Part shown: one piece after another, positions 40,999-50,756 of the stretch | How positions within the stretch are numbered: position 1 is the stretch's first letter | Layout of the letters: each line of letters starts with the position of its first letter | Assembly: GCA_012799455.1 (NCBI GenBank) | Contig: JAAZLE010000091.1 | Location: forward strand, 2,422-66,421 | DNA: 64,000 bases | Direction: 5' to 3' | Source: Clostridiales bacterium | GTDB lineage: Bacteria > Bacillota > Clostridia > Christensenellales > DTU072 | The notes under the pieces: model-generated | Told to the model about the DNA's origin: nothing | Seen by the model: only the letters and a program-made list of their open reading frames with translations | Database searches by the model: none | Program-made: the position numbers and the translations under genes

Positions 40999-42233
40999 TG
41001 GAATATTTAGAAACGAGTTACGATATAATTAAAGATGTATACACAAAAGGCGCATATGTGCATGTTGTATTAGGTAATGCAGGAAATAAAGTAACTCCTC
41101 TTGTAACAAAAATTGTATATGGCACATTAGAAAATTGGTTGTTACTTAAATATAACCTATCATTACACTATAAAAAAGCCCCTCAAAATACCGTTTTAAT
41201 TTTGCTTTTAATATCATCATACTGCTTAAAGTTTTTATCAATACCTGATCATGCAGTTGTGAATTCTAGCGTTGATTTAATGGTGAAAATAGGCAAAAAA
41301 GAAGCCAAGGGTTTTGTCAACAAGATACTTAGAATCATGGCATCAAAAGATTTAGTTTATCCCGAAAAGAACAGCCCTGTATATGACGAGGTTTACTTTA
41401 ATTTACCATCTTGGATTATAAGAAAAGTAAAGCAAGATTACAAAGATAAATATAAAGAGATACTAAAACCATCGTCCTTTGGATACGAGCACATTAGGCT
41501 TAATAGAAACAAGATTAATGAAAAAGAGTTCGAGTCTAAATACGAATATTATAAAAAAACGAATGTTGGTTATTTTGTTAACATGTCAGACGAGTTAAAA
41601 GATTTATTCAAAAAAGGCCATATAACAATACAGTCTAAAGGGTCTATTGCAGTTGTTGATGCTATAGGTGAAGATTTATTAAATAAGTTAGTTTTAGACG
41701 TTTGCGCGGCTCCTGGCGGCAAGTCAGTGTACTTAGCAGAAAAAGGTGCCGTTGTAACATCGTGTGACATACATACACACAGGGTAAAGTTAATTGATTC
41801 CTATGTAAAGAGAGTAGGTGTTAAATTAAATATTCTAGAAAATGATGCAACAGTAATGAACCCTGAATTTATTGATAAATTTGATGTCGTGCTAGTAGAT
41901 GCGCCATGTTCGGGCCTTGGAGTTATAAACAGAAGGCAAGATATGGTGTTTAGTAAAAGCGAAACAGATATTGCAAGTTTAAAAAAATTACAAAGAAAGA
42001 TAATTGAAACATCAAAAAACTATGTGAAAAAAGGAGGAGTGTTGCTGTATTCAACTTGTACCATACTAAAAGAAGAAAATCATCACGTCATCAGCTCTTT
42101 TTTGAAAGAAAACCCAAATTTCACATTTGATAAGAATACGGAGTTAACGCCAGTTGATGGAGAGGTCCAGATACTACCAATTGAAGAGGGTGAAGAAGGA
42201 TATTATATCGCAAGATTAAAAAGAGTGTCGTAG
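40998..42233 (+). CDS. rsmB: 16S rRNA (cytosine967-C5)-methyltransferase RsmB/Sun
   Basis: SAM motif DVCAAPGGKS, catalytic DAPCSGLGV and YSTCT. TAATG overlap with fmt. 411 aa. Confidence 0.85.
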   Translation: MEYLETSYDIIKDVYTKGAYVHVVLGNAGNKVTPLVTKIVYGTLENWLLLKYNLSLHYKKAPQNTVLILLLISSYCLKFLSIPDHAVVNSSVDLMVKIGKKEAKGFVNKILRIMASKDLVYPEKNSPVYDEVYFNLPSWIIRKVKQDYKDKYKEILKPSSFGYEHIRLNRNKINEKEFESKYEYYKKTNVGYFVNMSDELKDLFKKGHITIQSKGSIAVVDAIGEDLLNKLVLDVCAAPGGKSVYLAEKGAVVTSCDIHTHRVKLIDSYVKRVGVKLNILENDATVMNPEFIDKFDVVLVDAPCSGLGVINRRQDMVFSKSETDIASLKKLQRKIIETSKNYVKKGGVLLYSTCTILKEENHHVISSFLKENPNFTFDKNTELTPVDGEVQILPIEEGEEGYYIARLKRVS

Positions 42234-42305
42234 TGCATTAGGTGCGATATATAAATTAAAAGTAATTGTAAAAATATAACAAGAACAAATTATCATTTTA
42301 AAATT

Positions 42306-43331
42306 ATGAATTTATTAGATCTGAATTATGAACAATTAAAAGAAGTTGTTGTTAAAAAAGGGTTGCCCGCATATAGGGCAGACCAAATTATGGATATGCT
42401 ATTATGCTATAAAGATTGGTCTGAAGTTTCTAATTTGCCTAAAAACACATCTAGTTTATTTAGTGATTATTGTATATTACCACTAGAGATTATTAATGAG
42501 TTTAAAGGAGGAAACGGAGTTGTTAAGTTTTTGTATAAACTACAGGATAATCACTTAATAGAGGGAGTTTATTTACCTAATAATTACGGCAATACCATAT
42601 GTGTTTCAACTCAAGTCGGTTGTAAAATGCGTTGCGCTTTTTGTGCTAGCGGTAAAGATGGATTTATGCGGAATCTAACTTCGGGGGAGATATTGGCACA
42701 GGTATTATTGGTCAATAAAATAATGGGAGGAACAAGCAAAAATAGAGCTATTTCTAATGTTGTTTTAATGGGTAGTGGAGAACCGCTTGATAATTACGAC
42801 CATGTTGTAAGTTTTTTGAAAAATATATCCGCAAAAAGAGGCTTGAACTTAAGTTTAAGAAACATAACAATTTCTACCTGCGGACTAGTAAAACAAATTA
42901 ATAAGCTTGCAAAAGAAGGACTAAACGTTACTCTTACAATCTCGCTACACTCAACCGATGATGAGAAAAGAAAGAAGCTTATGCCAATAGCAAGTGCTAA
43001 TAAAATAATAGATATAATTGCTGCTGCAGATAATTATTATAAAAGTACAGGCAGGAGAGTATCGTATGAGTATGCGCTTACGGAAGAGAATTCAGATAAT
43101 AGCTCCGTTGAAAAGTTGATAGAACTTTTAAATGATAAAAATGCACATGTAAACCTTATTAGACTAAATGAAATCGAAGGACAGGAAGTTAGAGGTGTTT
43201 CAGAAAGAAGGTCGATAGAAATTTTAGACAGGTTAAACAATTTTGGTATTTCGGCAACATTAAGAAGAAGTTTAGGATCCGAAGTAGAGGGTGCTTGCGG
43301 CCAACTTAAAAACCATTTTGCGAAAAAATAA
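42306..43331 (+). CDS. rlmN: 23S rRNA/tRNA (adenine-C2)-methyltransferase RlmN (radical SAM)
   Basis: Radical-SAM cluster CKMRCAFCASG, VVLMGSGEPLDN, the second catalytic Cys context GACGQL near the C-terminus. Confidence 0.9.
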   Translation: MNLLDLNYEQLKEVVVKKGLPAYRADQIMDMLLCYKDWSEVSNLPKNTSSLFSDYCILPLEIINEFKGGNGVVKFLYKLQDNHLIEGVYLPNNYGNTICVSTQVGCKMRCAFCASGKDGFMRNLTSGEILAQVLLVNKIMGGTSKNRAISNVVLMGSGEPLDNYDHVVSFLKNISAKRGLNLSLRNITISTCGLVKQINKLAKEGLNVTLTISLHSTDDEKRKKLMPIASANKIIDIIAAADNYYKSTGRRVSYEYALTEENSDNSSVEKLIELLNDKNAHVNLIRLNEIEGQEVRGVSERRSIEILDRLNNFGISATLRRSLGSEVEGACGQLKNHFAKK

Positions 43332-43444
43332 GTGAGTGAAAAAAGGTTTTGTTTAAGTTTATTATAGATGCTTATAAGGCAAAGAGCATGGAATAAAAGG
43401 TGAAAAAACATTTTGATACGTAAATGATGTAGGGTATATATGCA

Positions 43445-43453
43445 TGGTATAAT
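43445..43453 (+). promoter_or_regulatory. Extended -10 element (TGgTATAAT) upstream of rsgA
   Basis: TGGTATAAT at 43445-43453, about 28 nt upstream of the rsgA ATG at 43482, inside the 150-bp rlmN-rsgA spacer. Confidence 0.4.
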
Positions 43454-43481
43454 ATATAAATAAAAGTTTGTTGTAGGCAAT

Positions 43482-44351
43482 ATGGAAAGTAGAATTAAAG
43501 GTAAAGTTATTAAAATCGTTTCAGGTAGATACTGGGTTAAAAATGGACAAGATGTTTATGTATGTTCTGCCCGAGGTAGGTTGCGAAGAACTGATGGCAT
43601 ATATGTAGGAGACTATGTTATATGCAATATTGGCAAGAAAACTATGAGTATAGAAAAGGTGCTAGATAGAAAAAACTGGATGGTAAGGCCACCTATAGCC
43701 AATGTAGATGTTGTAATTATTACGGTAGCAAATGAGCCTGAGCCAGATCTTTTGCTTGTTGATAAAATAATCGTAAATGCCTATGCGCAAGGTATAGAGC
43801 CTATTATTTGTTACAACAAAATAGACATTACCCCTGAAGAAGAAATTATAAATGTCTTAAGCCAGTATGACGGTTTTATAAAAACCTTTAGGATTTCATC
43901 GGAAACCAAGGAAGGCTTTGTTGAACTAGAGGGGTTTTTGGAAGGCAAAACTGCTTGCCTTGCGGGACAAAGCGCAGTTGGCAAGACAAGCATAATAAAT
44001 GCCATACTTGATATGGATTTAGAAACTGCAGGGCTAAGTAAAAAAATAGGAAGAGGAAAACATACAACCAGACATTTAGAGATATATGAAATTCATAAAG
44101 CAGAGATTATAGATACCTGTGGGTTTAGTGTCTTGGAATATACTGATATAATAGAAACAGAACTTGCCCTATATTATCCGGATTTTTTAGATTTTGCATC
44201 AAACTGTACGTTTAATAACTGTACGCACACAAGAGAACCCAATTGCGCTATAATAGAAGCAGTAGACAAAGGGATGATAGGGGAAAAACGTTACGAAAGA
44301 TATTTAAAGTTTTATGATGAGATAAAGGAACTAAGAGAAAAAGAATATTAG
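43482..44351 (+). CDS. rsgA: Ribosome small-subunit-dependent GTPase A
   Basis: Circularly permuted GTPase: NKID (G4) precedes GQSAVGKTSIIN (G1). C-terminal zinc knuckle C.F..C.H..EP.C. Confidence 0.9.
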   Translation: MESRIKGKVIKIVSGRYWVKNGQDVYVCSARGRLRRTDGIYVGDYVICNIGKKTMSIEKVLDRKNWMVRPPIANVDVVIITVANEPEPDLLLVDKIIVNAYAQGIEPIICYNKIDITPEEEIINVLSQYDGFIKTFRISSETKEGFVELEGFLEGKTACLAGQSAVGKTSIINAILDMDLETAGLSKKIGRGKHTTRHLEIYEIHKAEIIDTCGFSVLEYTDIIETELALYYPDFLDFASNCTFNNCTHTREPNCAIIEAVDKGMIGEKRYERYLKFYDEIKELREKEY

Positions 44352-44365
44352 GTTGGAGGGAAATA

Positions 44366-45040
44366 ATGAGCAAGAAAATTTTAATAGCACCGTCTATTTT
44401 AGCAGGAGATTTTGCAGCAATGGGCAAGAGCGTAGCCGCACTCTCAATCTGGGGAGCGGACATGGTGCACTGTGATGTGATGGATGGTGTTTATGTCCCA
44501 AATATTACATTTGGAATGCCTATGATAAAAGCAATACGAAAACATACAACACTCCCCCTTGATGTGCATCTAATGATAGTCGAGCCAGAGAAGTATATTC
44601 AGGAGTTTATTGATGCGGGCGCAGATAGAATTTGTTTTCATCCCGAAACTTGTAAAGACCCAATTGCTCAATTAAATGGTATTAAAGCCAAAGGCGTAAA
44701 GGCGGGTATTGCCATTAATGCAGATGTTTTATGTGAGCCTTACTTAGATTTGTTAAAGCACTGTGATTTCATAATGCTTATGAGCGTACAGGCTGGATAT
44801 GGAGGACAATCATTTATTCCAAAAACTTTAGAAAAAATTAAAGTGGTGGATGCGTTTATAAAAGAAAATAATTTAGATGTAGATATAGAGATAGATGGTG
44901 GAATTAATGAAAACAATGTCCAGTCGGTCATTGATGCTGGTGTTAGCATAATTGTTGCTGGTAGTTCCGTTTATAAATCTCTCAATCCACCATCGACTAT
45001 AGAAAAACTAAGAGGATCCAAGGCAAGGCAAGTAGCATAA
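44366..45040 (+). CDS. rpe: Ribulose-phosphate 3-epimerase
   Basis: IAPSILAGDF, HCDVMDG.YVPN, DVHLM, MSVQAGYGGQ.F, EIDGGIN motifs. Confidence 0.95.
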   Translation: MSKKILIAPSILAGDFAAMGKSVAALSIWGADMVHCDVMDGVYVPNITFGMPMIKAIRKHTTLPLDVHLMIVEPEKYIQEFIDAGADRICFHPETCKDPIAQLNGIKAKGVKAGIAINADVLCEPYLDLLKHCDFIMLMSVQAGYGGQSFIPKTLEKIKVVDAFIKENNLDVDIEIDGGINENNVQSVIDAGVSIIVAGSSVYKSLNPPSTIEKLRGSKARQVA

Positions 45041-45100
45041 ATATTTCGTAGCTATGGATACATAAATAAAAAATCTAGCTAGTTTAATTAGGTTTGAACA

Positions 45101-45130
45101 TAAAAAAGAGAACCCTTTGAAGGGTTCTCT
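45101..45130 (-). terminator. Intrinsic terminator of rpmB
   Basis: 11-bp stem AGAGAACCCTT / AAGGGTTCTCT. On the minus strand it is followed by TTTTTA, 24 nt after the rpmB stop. Confidence 0.8.
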
Positions 45131-45153
45131 CTTGATTATTAGATAAACTATGA

Positions 45154-45342
45154 CTACTTGCCTTTTCTCATATTGCGGATGCAGCGAGTACAGACATAAC
45201 CATTTCTAGTCTTTCCTGCTTCATCAATATAGTCAACTTTTTGAACATTTGCTCTCCATATTCTTCTGGTTTTAATATTACTGTGACTTACATTATTACC
45301 ACTCATTGAGCCTTTTGCACAAACACTACAAACTCTTGACAT
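45154..45342 (-). CDS. rpmB: 50S ribosomal protein L28 (Cys-containing, zinc-ribbon 'C+' form)
   Basis: 62 aa, MSRVCSVC..G...GNNVSHSN.KT.R.W..N.Q. Four Cys (CxxC ... CxxC). Conserved divergent arrangement with asp23-yloV-recG. Confidence 0.92.
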   Translation of the reverse strand: MSRVCSVCAKGSMSGNNVSHSNIKTRRIWRANVQKVDYIDEAGKTRNGYVCTRCIRNMRKGK

Positions 45343-45485
45343 TTTTTTACCTCCGGATACTTAAATCGCTTTTGTATTATACAATTATGAAAAATGTTTG
45401 GCAAGACTTTTTATACTATTTTGTAATTCACTTGCACTATCAATATTTTTATAATAATATTTAACTACTTGTGAGGAAGTATATT

Positions 45486-45836
45486 ATGCCACTGAAAACA
45501 AACAATATATACGGAAGTATAACGATTAGTGATAAGGCTGTATCTAAAATTGTAGGCAGGGTAGCCTTGGATTGTTATGGAGTGGTAGCTATTTCTCCAA
45601 ACATGTTAGCTTATCGTCTTTTTGGCGTTGGCAAAAAAAGAAAAATAATTAATCGTGGTGTTAGAATAACTACGATGGACAATAGAGTATACATAAATCT
45701 TTACGTCATTATAAGCAAAGGAATAAACAAGGATGCTGTAGTTGACAGTTTAAACTCTCTTGTGTTGTATAATGTTTCGAATATAACTGGTATGAGAGTT
45801 AAAGATGTAAAGATTCATATAGTAGGAAGTGTGTAG
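45486..45836 (+). CDS. Asp23/Gls24 family envelope-stress protein
   Basis: Small protein with the ISDKAVSKIVGRVALDCYGVV pattern typical of Asp23. Conserved position upstream of the DAK2 protein. ATG 45486 has a GAGGAAG SD. Confidence 0.85.
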   Translation: MPLKTNNIYGSITISDKAVSKIVGRVALDCYGVVAISPNMLAYRLFGVGKKRKIINRGVRITTMDNRVYINLYVIISKGINKDAVVDSLNSLVLYNVSNITGMRVKDVKIHIVGSV

Positions 45837-45864
45837 GAGTATTTAACATACTCAAAATATTAAA

Positions 45865-47496
45865 ATGATTGTTAGTATTGAGTCGGAAAAAATCCTTGAA
45901 ATGTTCAGGGGTGGTGCTAAAAACCTTCAACTAAATAAAGAATATATTGATAGTTTGAATGTATTTCCAGTTCCAGACGGGGATACTGGTGCTAATATGA
46001 TGCTAACCTTAAATACAACCCTGAAACAAATGGAAGCTAGTGATGCATCAAATATTGTAAGCTTGTGTAATGGTTTGTCAGTTGGCGCATTAAAGGGTGC
46101 CAGAGGCAATAGCGGCGTTATTTTATCCCAGATATTTAGAGGGATGGCGCAAGTTTTAGCGGAAATAGACATAATAAATACGAAAACGTTTGCGAGAGCT
46201 CTAAAAAAAGGTGCAGAAGTTGCTTATGCGGGAGTTCAAGTCCCAAAAGAGGGAACAATTCTTACGGTGATAAGAATGACTGCTGACTATGCGATGCGTG
46301 TATCTATTAGAAACAAGGATTTTATTGCGTTTTTTAAATTAATCTTAAAACAAGGGCAAAAAGTATTAGATGATACCCCTAATATGCTACCAGTATTAAA
46401 GAAAGCGGGTGTAGTTGATGCTGGTGGTGCGGGACTTTTAGTTATTCTTGAAGGTATGTACAATGTTTTAGCAGGCATTGAAATGAAGGAGGTAGAAACT
46501 CCTCCCGTTCAGCTGAACATAGAAGAAGATGATCTTGATGATATACATGATTTTGAAAATATTAAATTTGCATATTGTACCGAGTTTTTCATAGTCAATG
46601 CTCCTCCTAAAACAACATTATCAGACATAGATAAATTTAGAGATAAATTGATGGAACTTGGCGATTGTGTACTGGTTATTGGTGGTTTGGATATGATAAA
46701 AGTACACGTTCATACTAACAATCCAGACAAGGTTCTTTCTCTTGCATTAAAAATTGGCGAACTACATAACTTAAAAATTGACAATATGCTAGAACAGTTC
46801 AGAGAGATGTTTAAAAACAAGGAAGCGGCCAAAATAGCTAAACCAGTTGGTATGGTTGCTATTTGTAATGGCGAAGGCTTAAAGACTATTTTCAAAGAAT
46901 TAAATGTTGATGTAGTCATTGAAGGTGGTCAAACTATGAATCCAAGCGTAGAGGATATCGTAGGTGCTATTGAGAAAGTGAATGCAGAAGTTGTGTATAT
47001 TCTACCTAACAATAAAAATATAATAATGGCAGCAGAACAGGCTAAAGGACTGGTTGAAAGTTGTGAAGTTGTTGTAATCCCTACAAAAGATGTGCCTCGA
47101 GGCGTAGTTGCCGCAATGAATTTTAATCCAGAAAACAGTATCGAAGAAAATGTAGAAACGATGAAGCAGGCAATATCTGTTACACGAAGCGGCCAAGTTA
47201 CTCATGCAGTTAGAGATATAGAGATGGATGGGTATAATTTACATGATGGGGACATCATAGGGATATACGGAAATATCGTCGCAAAGGGCAAAAGCGTAGC
47301 AAAGGTTACAAAAGAGCTGGTTGCGAAATTAATGGGCGAAGATAATTACTCTATAACACTATATTACGGAGCTAGCACAAAAGCGGAGGAAGCTGAGGCA
47401 TTACAGGCAGATCTTCAAGAAAAATATCCTTTTGTTGATGTTATTTTATACAACGGTGGGCAGCAACACTATTACTATTATGTAGCGGTTGAATAA
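45865..47496 (+). CDS. yloV: DAK2 domain fusion protein YloV
   Basis: N-terminal DAK2 motif LNVFPVPDGDTGANM, about 543 aa with the C-terminal YloV/DegV-like extension. Synteny asp23-yloV-recG. Confidence 0.85.
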   Translation: MIVSIESEKILEMFRGGAKNLQLNKEYIDSLNVFPVPDGDTGANMMLTLNTTLKQMEASDASNIVSLCNGLSVGALKGARGNSGVILSQIFRGMAQVLAEIDIINTKTFARALKKGAEVAYAGVQVPKEGTILTVIRMTADYAMRVSIRNKDFIAFFKLILKQGQKVLDDTPNMLPVLKKAGVVDAGGAGLLVILEGMYNVLAGIEMKEVETPPVQLNIEEDDLDDIHDFENIKFAYCTEFFIVNAPPKTTLSDIDKFRDKLMELGDCVLVIGGLDMIKVHVHTNNPDKVLSLALKIGELHNLKIDNMLEQFREMFKNKEAAKIAKPVGMVAICNGEGLKTIFKELNVDVVIEGGQTMNPSVEDIVGAIEKVNAEVVYILPNNKNIIMAAEQAKGLVESCEVVVIPTKDVPRGVVAAMNFNPENSIEENVETMKQAISVTRSGQVTHAVRDIEMDGYNLHDGDIIGIYGNIVAKGKSVAKVTKELVAKLMGEDNYSITLYYGASTKAEEAEALQADLQEKYPFVDVILYNGGQQHYYYYVAVE

Positions 47497-47590
47497 TCCA
47501 AAATTTGTTTTTATGGTGTGGTGACCATATTAAAAGTCATACCAATTGCTATTTCCGCTCGCATTTTTAGGAAGGAAAATTTTTTATCAT

Positions 47591-49582
47591 ATGGAAATTA
47601 GTTTAAGGGAAATTAAAGGGATAGGACCTAAAATTGAAGAAAAACTTAATCTCTTGAGAGTTTTTAAGCCAAGCGATCTTGCTAACTTTTTCCCTTCTGG
47701 ATATGTTGATTTAGATAAAGCAACCTCACTTTGTAGTGTTCAGGATGGGGGTTTTGCAAAAGCTGAACTCACTATATTAGAAATAACAAAGCCATTTACA
47801 TATAAAAGTCGAAATATTTTTAAAGTTAAAGGCAAAGATGATTATAATAACCGCATAGAGATAACGTGGTTTAACCTGTCACGCTTAGCGGGCGAACTGG
47901 AGATAGGAACTCGTCTTAGTTGTTTTGGTAAAGTTAAAACGGGAAAGATATTTAAATTTTCCCATCCTATATTTGAAATAGTCAAAGAAAGTAAGTTAAG
48001 AAAACTGACTGGGATAAAGACACAGTATCGAACAAAAGGTGTTTTGTCGCATGGTGTGGTGTCGAATTTAGTTAAAGAACTTCTAGAAATAACAAATTAT
48101 GATAGTGTCATTAATGAAAATGACTTAACAAAACACCATCTAATGAATTTAAAAACAGCCTATGAAAATCTTCATTTTCCATCTTCAATGCAGGCAATTG
48201 AGGCTGCGCAAAACAGAATTAATATTGAAAATATTGTAAAGGAAATGTCTGCATTTAGATTGGTAAATCAATGTTTAAAAAGGGCTTATAAGTATAAAGA
48301 CATCCCAGGTTTTGTAACTAAAGCAGAAAGATTATTACCTTTTAGATTAACTAAAAGTCAATCAGTTGCTGTCGAAAAAATTAAAGATAGTTTAGTTAAT
48401 TCAGATAAACCGCTAAATGCTATGTTAATAGGTGATGTATCTAGTGGTAAAACAGTGGTATCGGTGCTAGCCTCTCTGTTTGCATTATATTCTTCATATC
48501 AAGTAGCAGTTATGGCACCAACAGAAATTTTAGCCAAACAGCATTATAAGACATTTTGTGATTATTTATCAAAAAAAGGTGCAAAAATTGCCCTGTTGAC
48601 AGGGTCGATGGGAGCGAAAGAGAAACAACTACTATATCAAGAGATAAGGGAAGGAAGAGTTAATATAGTAATTGGAACGCATGCTCTTCTTTCAGAATCA
48701 GTAGAGTTTAGGCATCTTTCTCTGGTTGTCTTAGATGAACAGCATAGATTCGGAGTGGCTCAACGGACCTCACTATTATCTAAAGGAATAGCTTGTGATT
48801 TGATAAGCTTATCAGCAACGCCTATTCCTAGGTCGTTAAGAATGACTTATTTTGGTAATGTTGAAGTTTTAAATATTGAAAGGAGAAGTGATTCTAGTAA
48901 CATAACAACCCAAATAGTTCATGAAAATAAAAAAGTTGAAATTTTTAAGACCGTTGTAAATAAATGTATGGAAGGCGAACAGGCATATGTTGTAGCGCCA
49001 AGAATTTTTGATGTCGAGGGCATAGAAGCAAATTCGGTAGAAAAAATATACAAGCAAATTAAAAGAAAATATGCCAGTGTGATTAATGTTGGATATATGC
49101 ATGGAAATATGAAAAATAATGAGAAAACCAAAATAATGGAAGATTTTAGAGCCAATAAAATTGCTATGTTAGTTTCTACAAGCCTCATAGAAGTCGGTGT
49201 TGATGTAGCCAACGCTACTCAAATGATTATTACGGATGCAGATAGATTTGGCTTGTCAGCTTTGCACCAACTAAGAGGGAGAGTAGGTCGGGCCGGGCAA
49301 AAGTCGAACTGCTACCTAGTAACAGAACATTATGATAGTTCCAGACTTAAGGTTTTAGAGCATGAAACGGATGGTATGAAAATTGCAGAAATGGATTATG
49401 AGTTGCGAGGCCCTGGAGAGTGGTTGGGTGAAAGACAAAGTGGTAAAATGATGGACAATATTAGCCCGGAAACACTAAAAGTGTGCAGCGAGCTTGCGCA
49501 AAATGTTGATTTAAGTAAGAACTACCAGGTTTTACTTAACTATGCTTTGGACAATGGACTAAACCGTATATCGCTAAATTAA
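47591..49582 (+). CDS. recG: ATP-dependent DNA helicase RecG
   Basis: Wedge/OB N-domain, FRLTKSQ, Walker A GDVSSGKT, DEQHRFGV, SATPIPRSL, LHQLRGRVGRAG, TRG-motif region. ATG 47591 (MEISLREIKGIGPK) is preferred. Confidence 0.9.
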   Translation: MEISLREIKGIGPKIEEKLNLLRVFKPSDLANFFPSGYVDLDKATSLCSVQDGGFAKAELTILEITKPFTYKSRNIFKVKGKDDYNNRIEITWFNLSRLAGELEIGTRLSCFGKVKTGKIFKFSHPIFEIVKESKLRKLTGIKTQYRTKGVLSHGVVSNLVKELLEITNYDSVINENDLTKHHLMNLKTAYENLHFPSSMQAIEAAQNRINIENIVKEMSAFRLVNQCLKRAYKYKDIPGFVTKAERLLPFRLTKSQSVAVEKIKDSLVNSDKPLNAMLIGDVSSGKTVVSVLASLFALYSSYQVAVMAPTEILAKQHYKTFCDYLSKKGAKIALLTGSMGAKEKQLLYQEIREGRVNIVIGTHALLSESVEFRHLSLVVLDEQHRFGVAQRTSLLSKGIACDLISLSATPIPRSLRMTYFGNVEVLNIERRSDSSNITTQIVHENKKVEIFKTVVNKCMEGEQAYVVAPRIFDVEGIEANSVEKIYKQIKRKYASVINVGYMHGNMKNNEKTKIMEDFRANKIAMLVSTSLIEVGVDVANATQMIITDADRFGLSALHQLRGRVGRAGQKSNCYLVTEHYDSSRLKVLEHETDGMKIAEMDYELRGPGEWLGERQSGKMMDNISPETLKVCSELAQNVDLSKNYQVLLNYALDNGLNRISLN

Positions 49583-49838
49583 ATGGAGATAATTTTAAAA
49601 GTTGATTCTAACTAGGTCTAGAGCCTATACGGAATTAGTGTTATCAGAAGAGGTTAAAGAAGAAAATTTGATGTTAATTTTCATATTAATTACAAAGTTT
49701 AAACTGGTTATAGGTTTTTTGAATTGAAGGAATCTAAACATATATTAAGCGCGCGCATGTTGTAATAACAAGGCGAGTATGTTATTATAAACAATAATAA
49801 ATGATGCTATATTAATCGTATATAAGGAGGACGAAAAC

Positions 49839-50744
49839 ATGGAACTAATACAATTGGATGCATTTGATGGCAAAATTATTACTGTTAATGTATGGGATAA
49901 TGTTGATAAAGCAATTGGTACTGTAATTATCAGTCATGGTATGGCTGAACATGCAGGAAGATATGATGATTTTGCAAGGTTTTTAAACGAAAACAAATAT
50001 TATGTATTGGCAGTCAATCATCGTGGACATAAATACAATAATGCAGGAGAAAAAGGCATGGTTAAAGGAGATAGCTATGCTCAATCGATAGAAGATATAC
50101 ATACGCTAGTTACATATGCCAAGGAAAAATATGGTAAAGAAGTCATTCTTTTGGGACACAGTTATGGTAGTTTCTTAGCACAGAGATATATTGAGTTGCA
50201 TAGTAGTGACATTAAAGCTTGCGTTTTATCTGGTACGGCATATATGAAGAGCGCATTAATCAGCATGGGCAGGGCGATTGCGAATTTACAAAGAAGCATT
50301 CTTGGTCCAGATAAAAAGGGGAAATTAATAAATACATTAAGTTTTGGAGCATATAATAAGCCATTCAAGGAGCAAAAACAGCAGTTTGCTTGGCTGTCAA
50401 GAGATAAAGAACAAGTAGAAAAGTATCAAAATGATGAATATTGTGGATATGTACTATCTTTAGGTTTTTATTCCTCATTTTTTAATGGGTTACATACGAT
50501 GTATGGTTCAGATGCAGATAGAATTCGCAAAGATATACCAATTTTAATTGCCGTTGGTAGCGATGATCCAGTGTCTAACAATGCAGCTTTAGCCCATCAG
50601 CTTTATGATTTTTACATCTCAAAAGAATTAAAAAATGTAGAAATTAAAATTTATGAGAACGCCCGCCATGAGATACTAAATGAGATAAATAGAGATGAGG
50701 TTTATAAGGACATATTGACGTTTATTAACGCTCAATTTGCCTAG
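49839..50744 (+). CDS. Alpha/beta hydrolase (lysophospholipase / monoacylglycerol-lipase-like)
   Basis: HG-oxyanion motif ISHGMAEHAGRY, nucleophile elbow GHSYG, C-terminal Asp/His region (GSDDPV ... ARHEIL). Strong SD AAGGAGG. Confidence 0.75.
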   Translation: MELIQLDAFDGKIITVNVWDNVDKAIGTVIISHGMAEHAGRYDDFARFLNENKYYVLAVNHRGHKYNNAGEKGMVKGDSYAQSIEDIHTLVTYAKEKYGKEVILLGHSYGSFLAQRYIELHSSDIKACVLSGTAYMKSALISMGRAIANLQRSILGPDKKGKLINTLSFGAYNKPFKEQKQQFAWLSRDKEQVEKYQNDEYCGYVLSLGFYSSFFNGLHTMYGSDADRIRKDIPILIAVGSDDPVSNNAALAHQLYDFYISKELKNVEIKIYENARHEILNEINRDEVYKDILTFINAQFA

Positions 50745-50756
50745 AGAATAGAGACT

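Noticed and set aside
49671-49727. 18-codon hydrophobic small ORF (MLIFILITKFKLVIGFLN) in the recG-hydrolase spacer, considered as a type I toxin-like peptide.
   Set aside because: It is too short, has no well-spaced SD, and shows no evident antisense RNA promoter or terminator. AT-rich spacers produce such I/L/F/K-rich frames readily.
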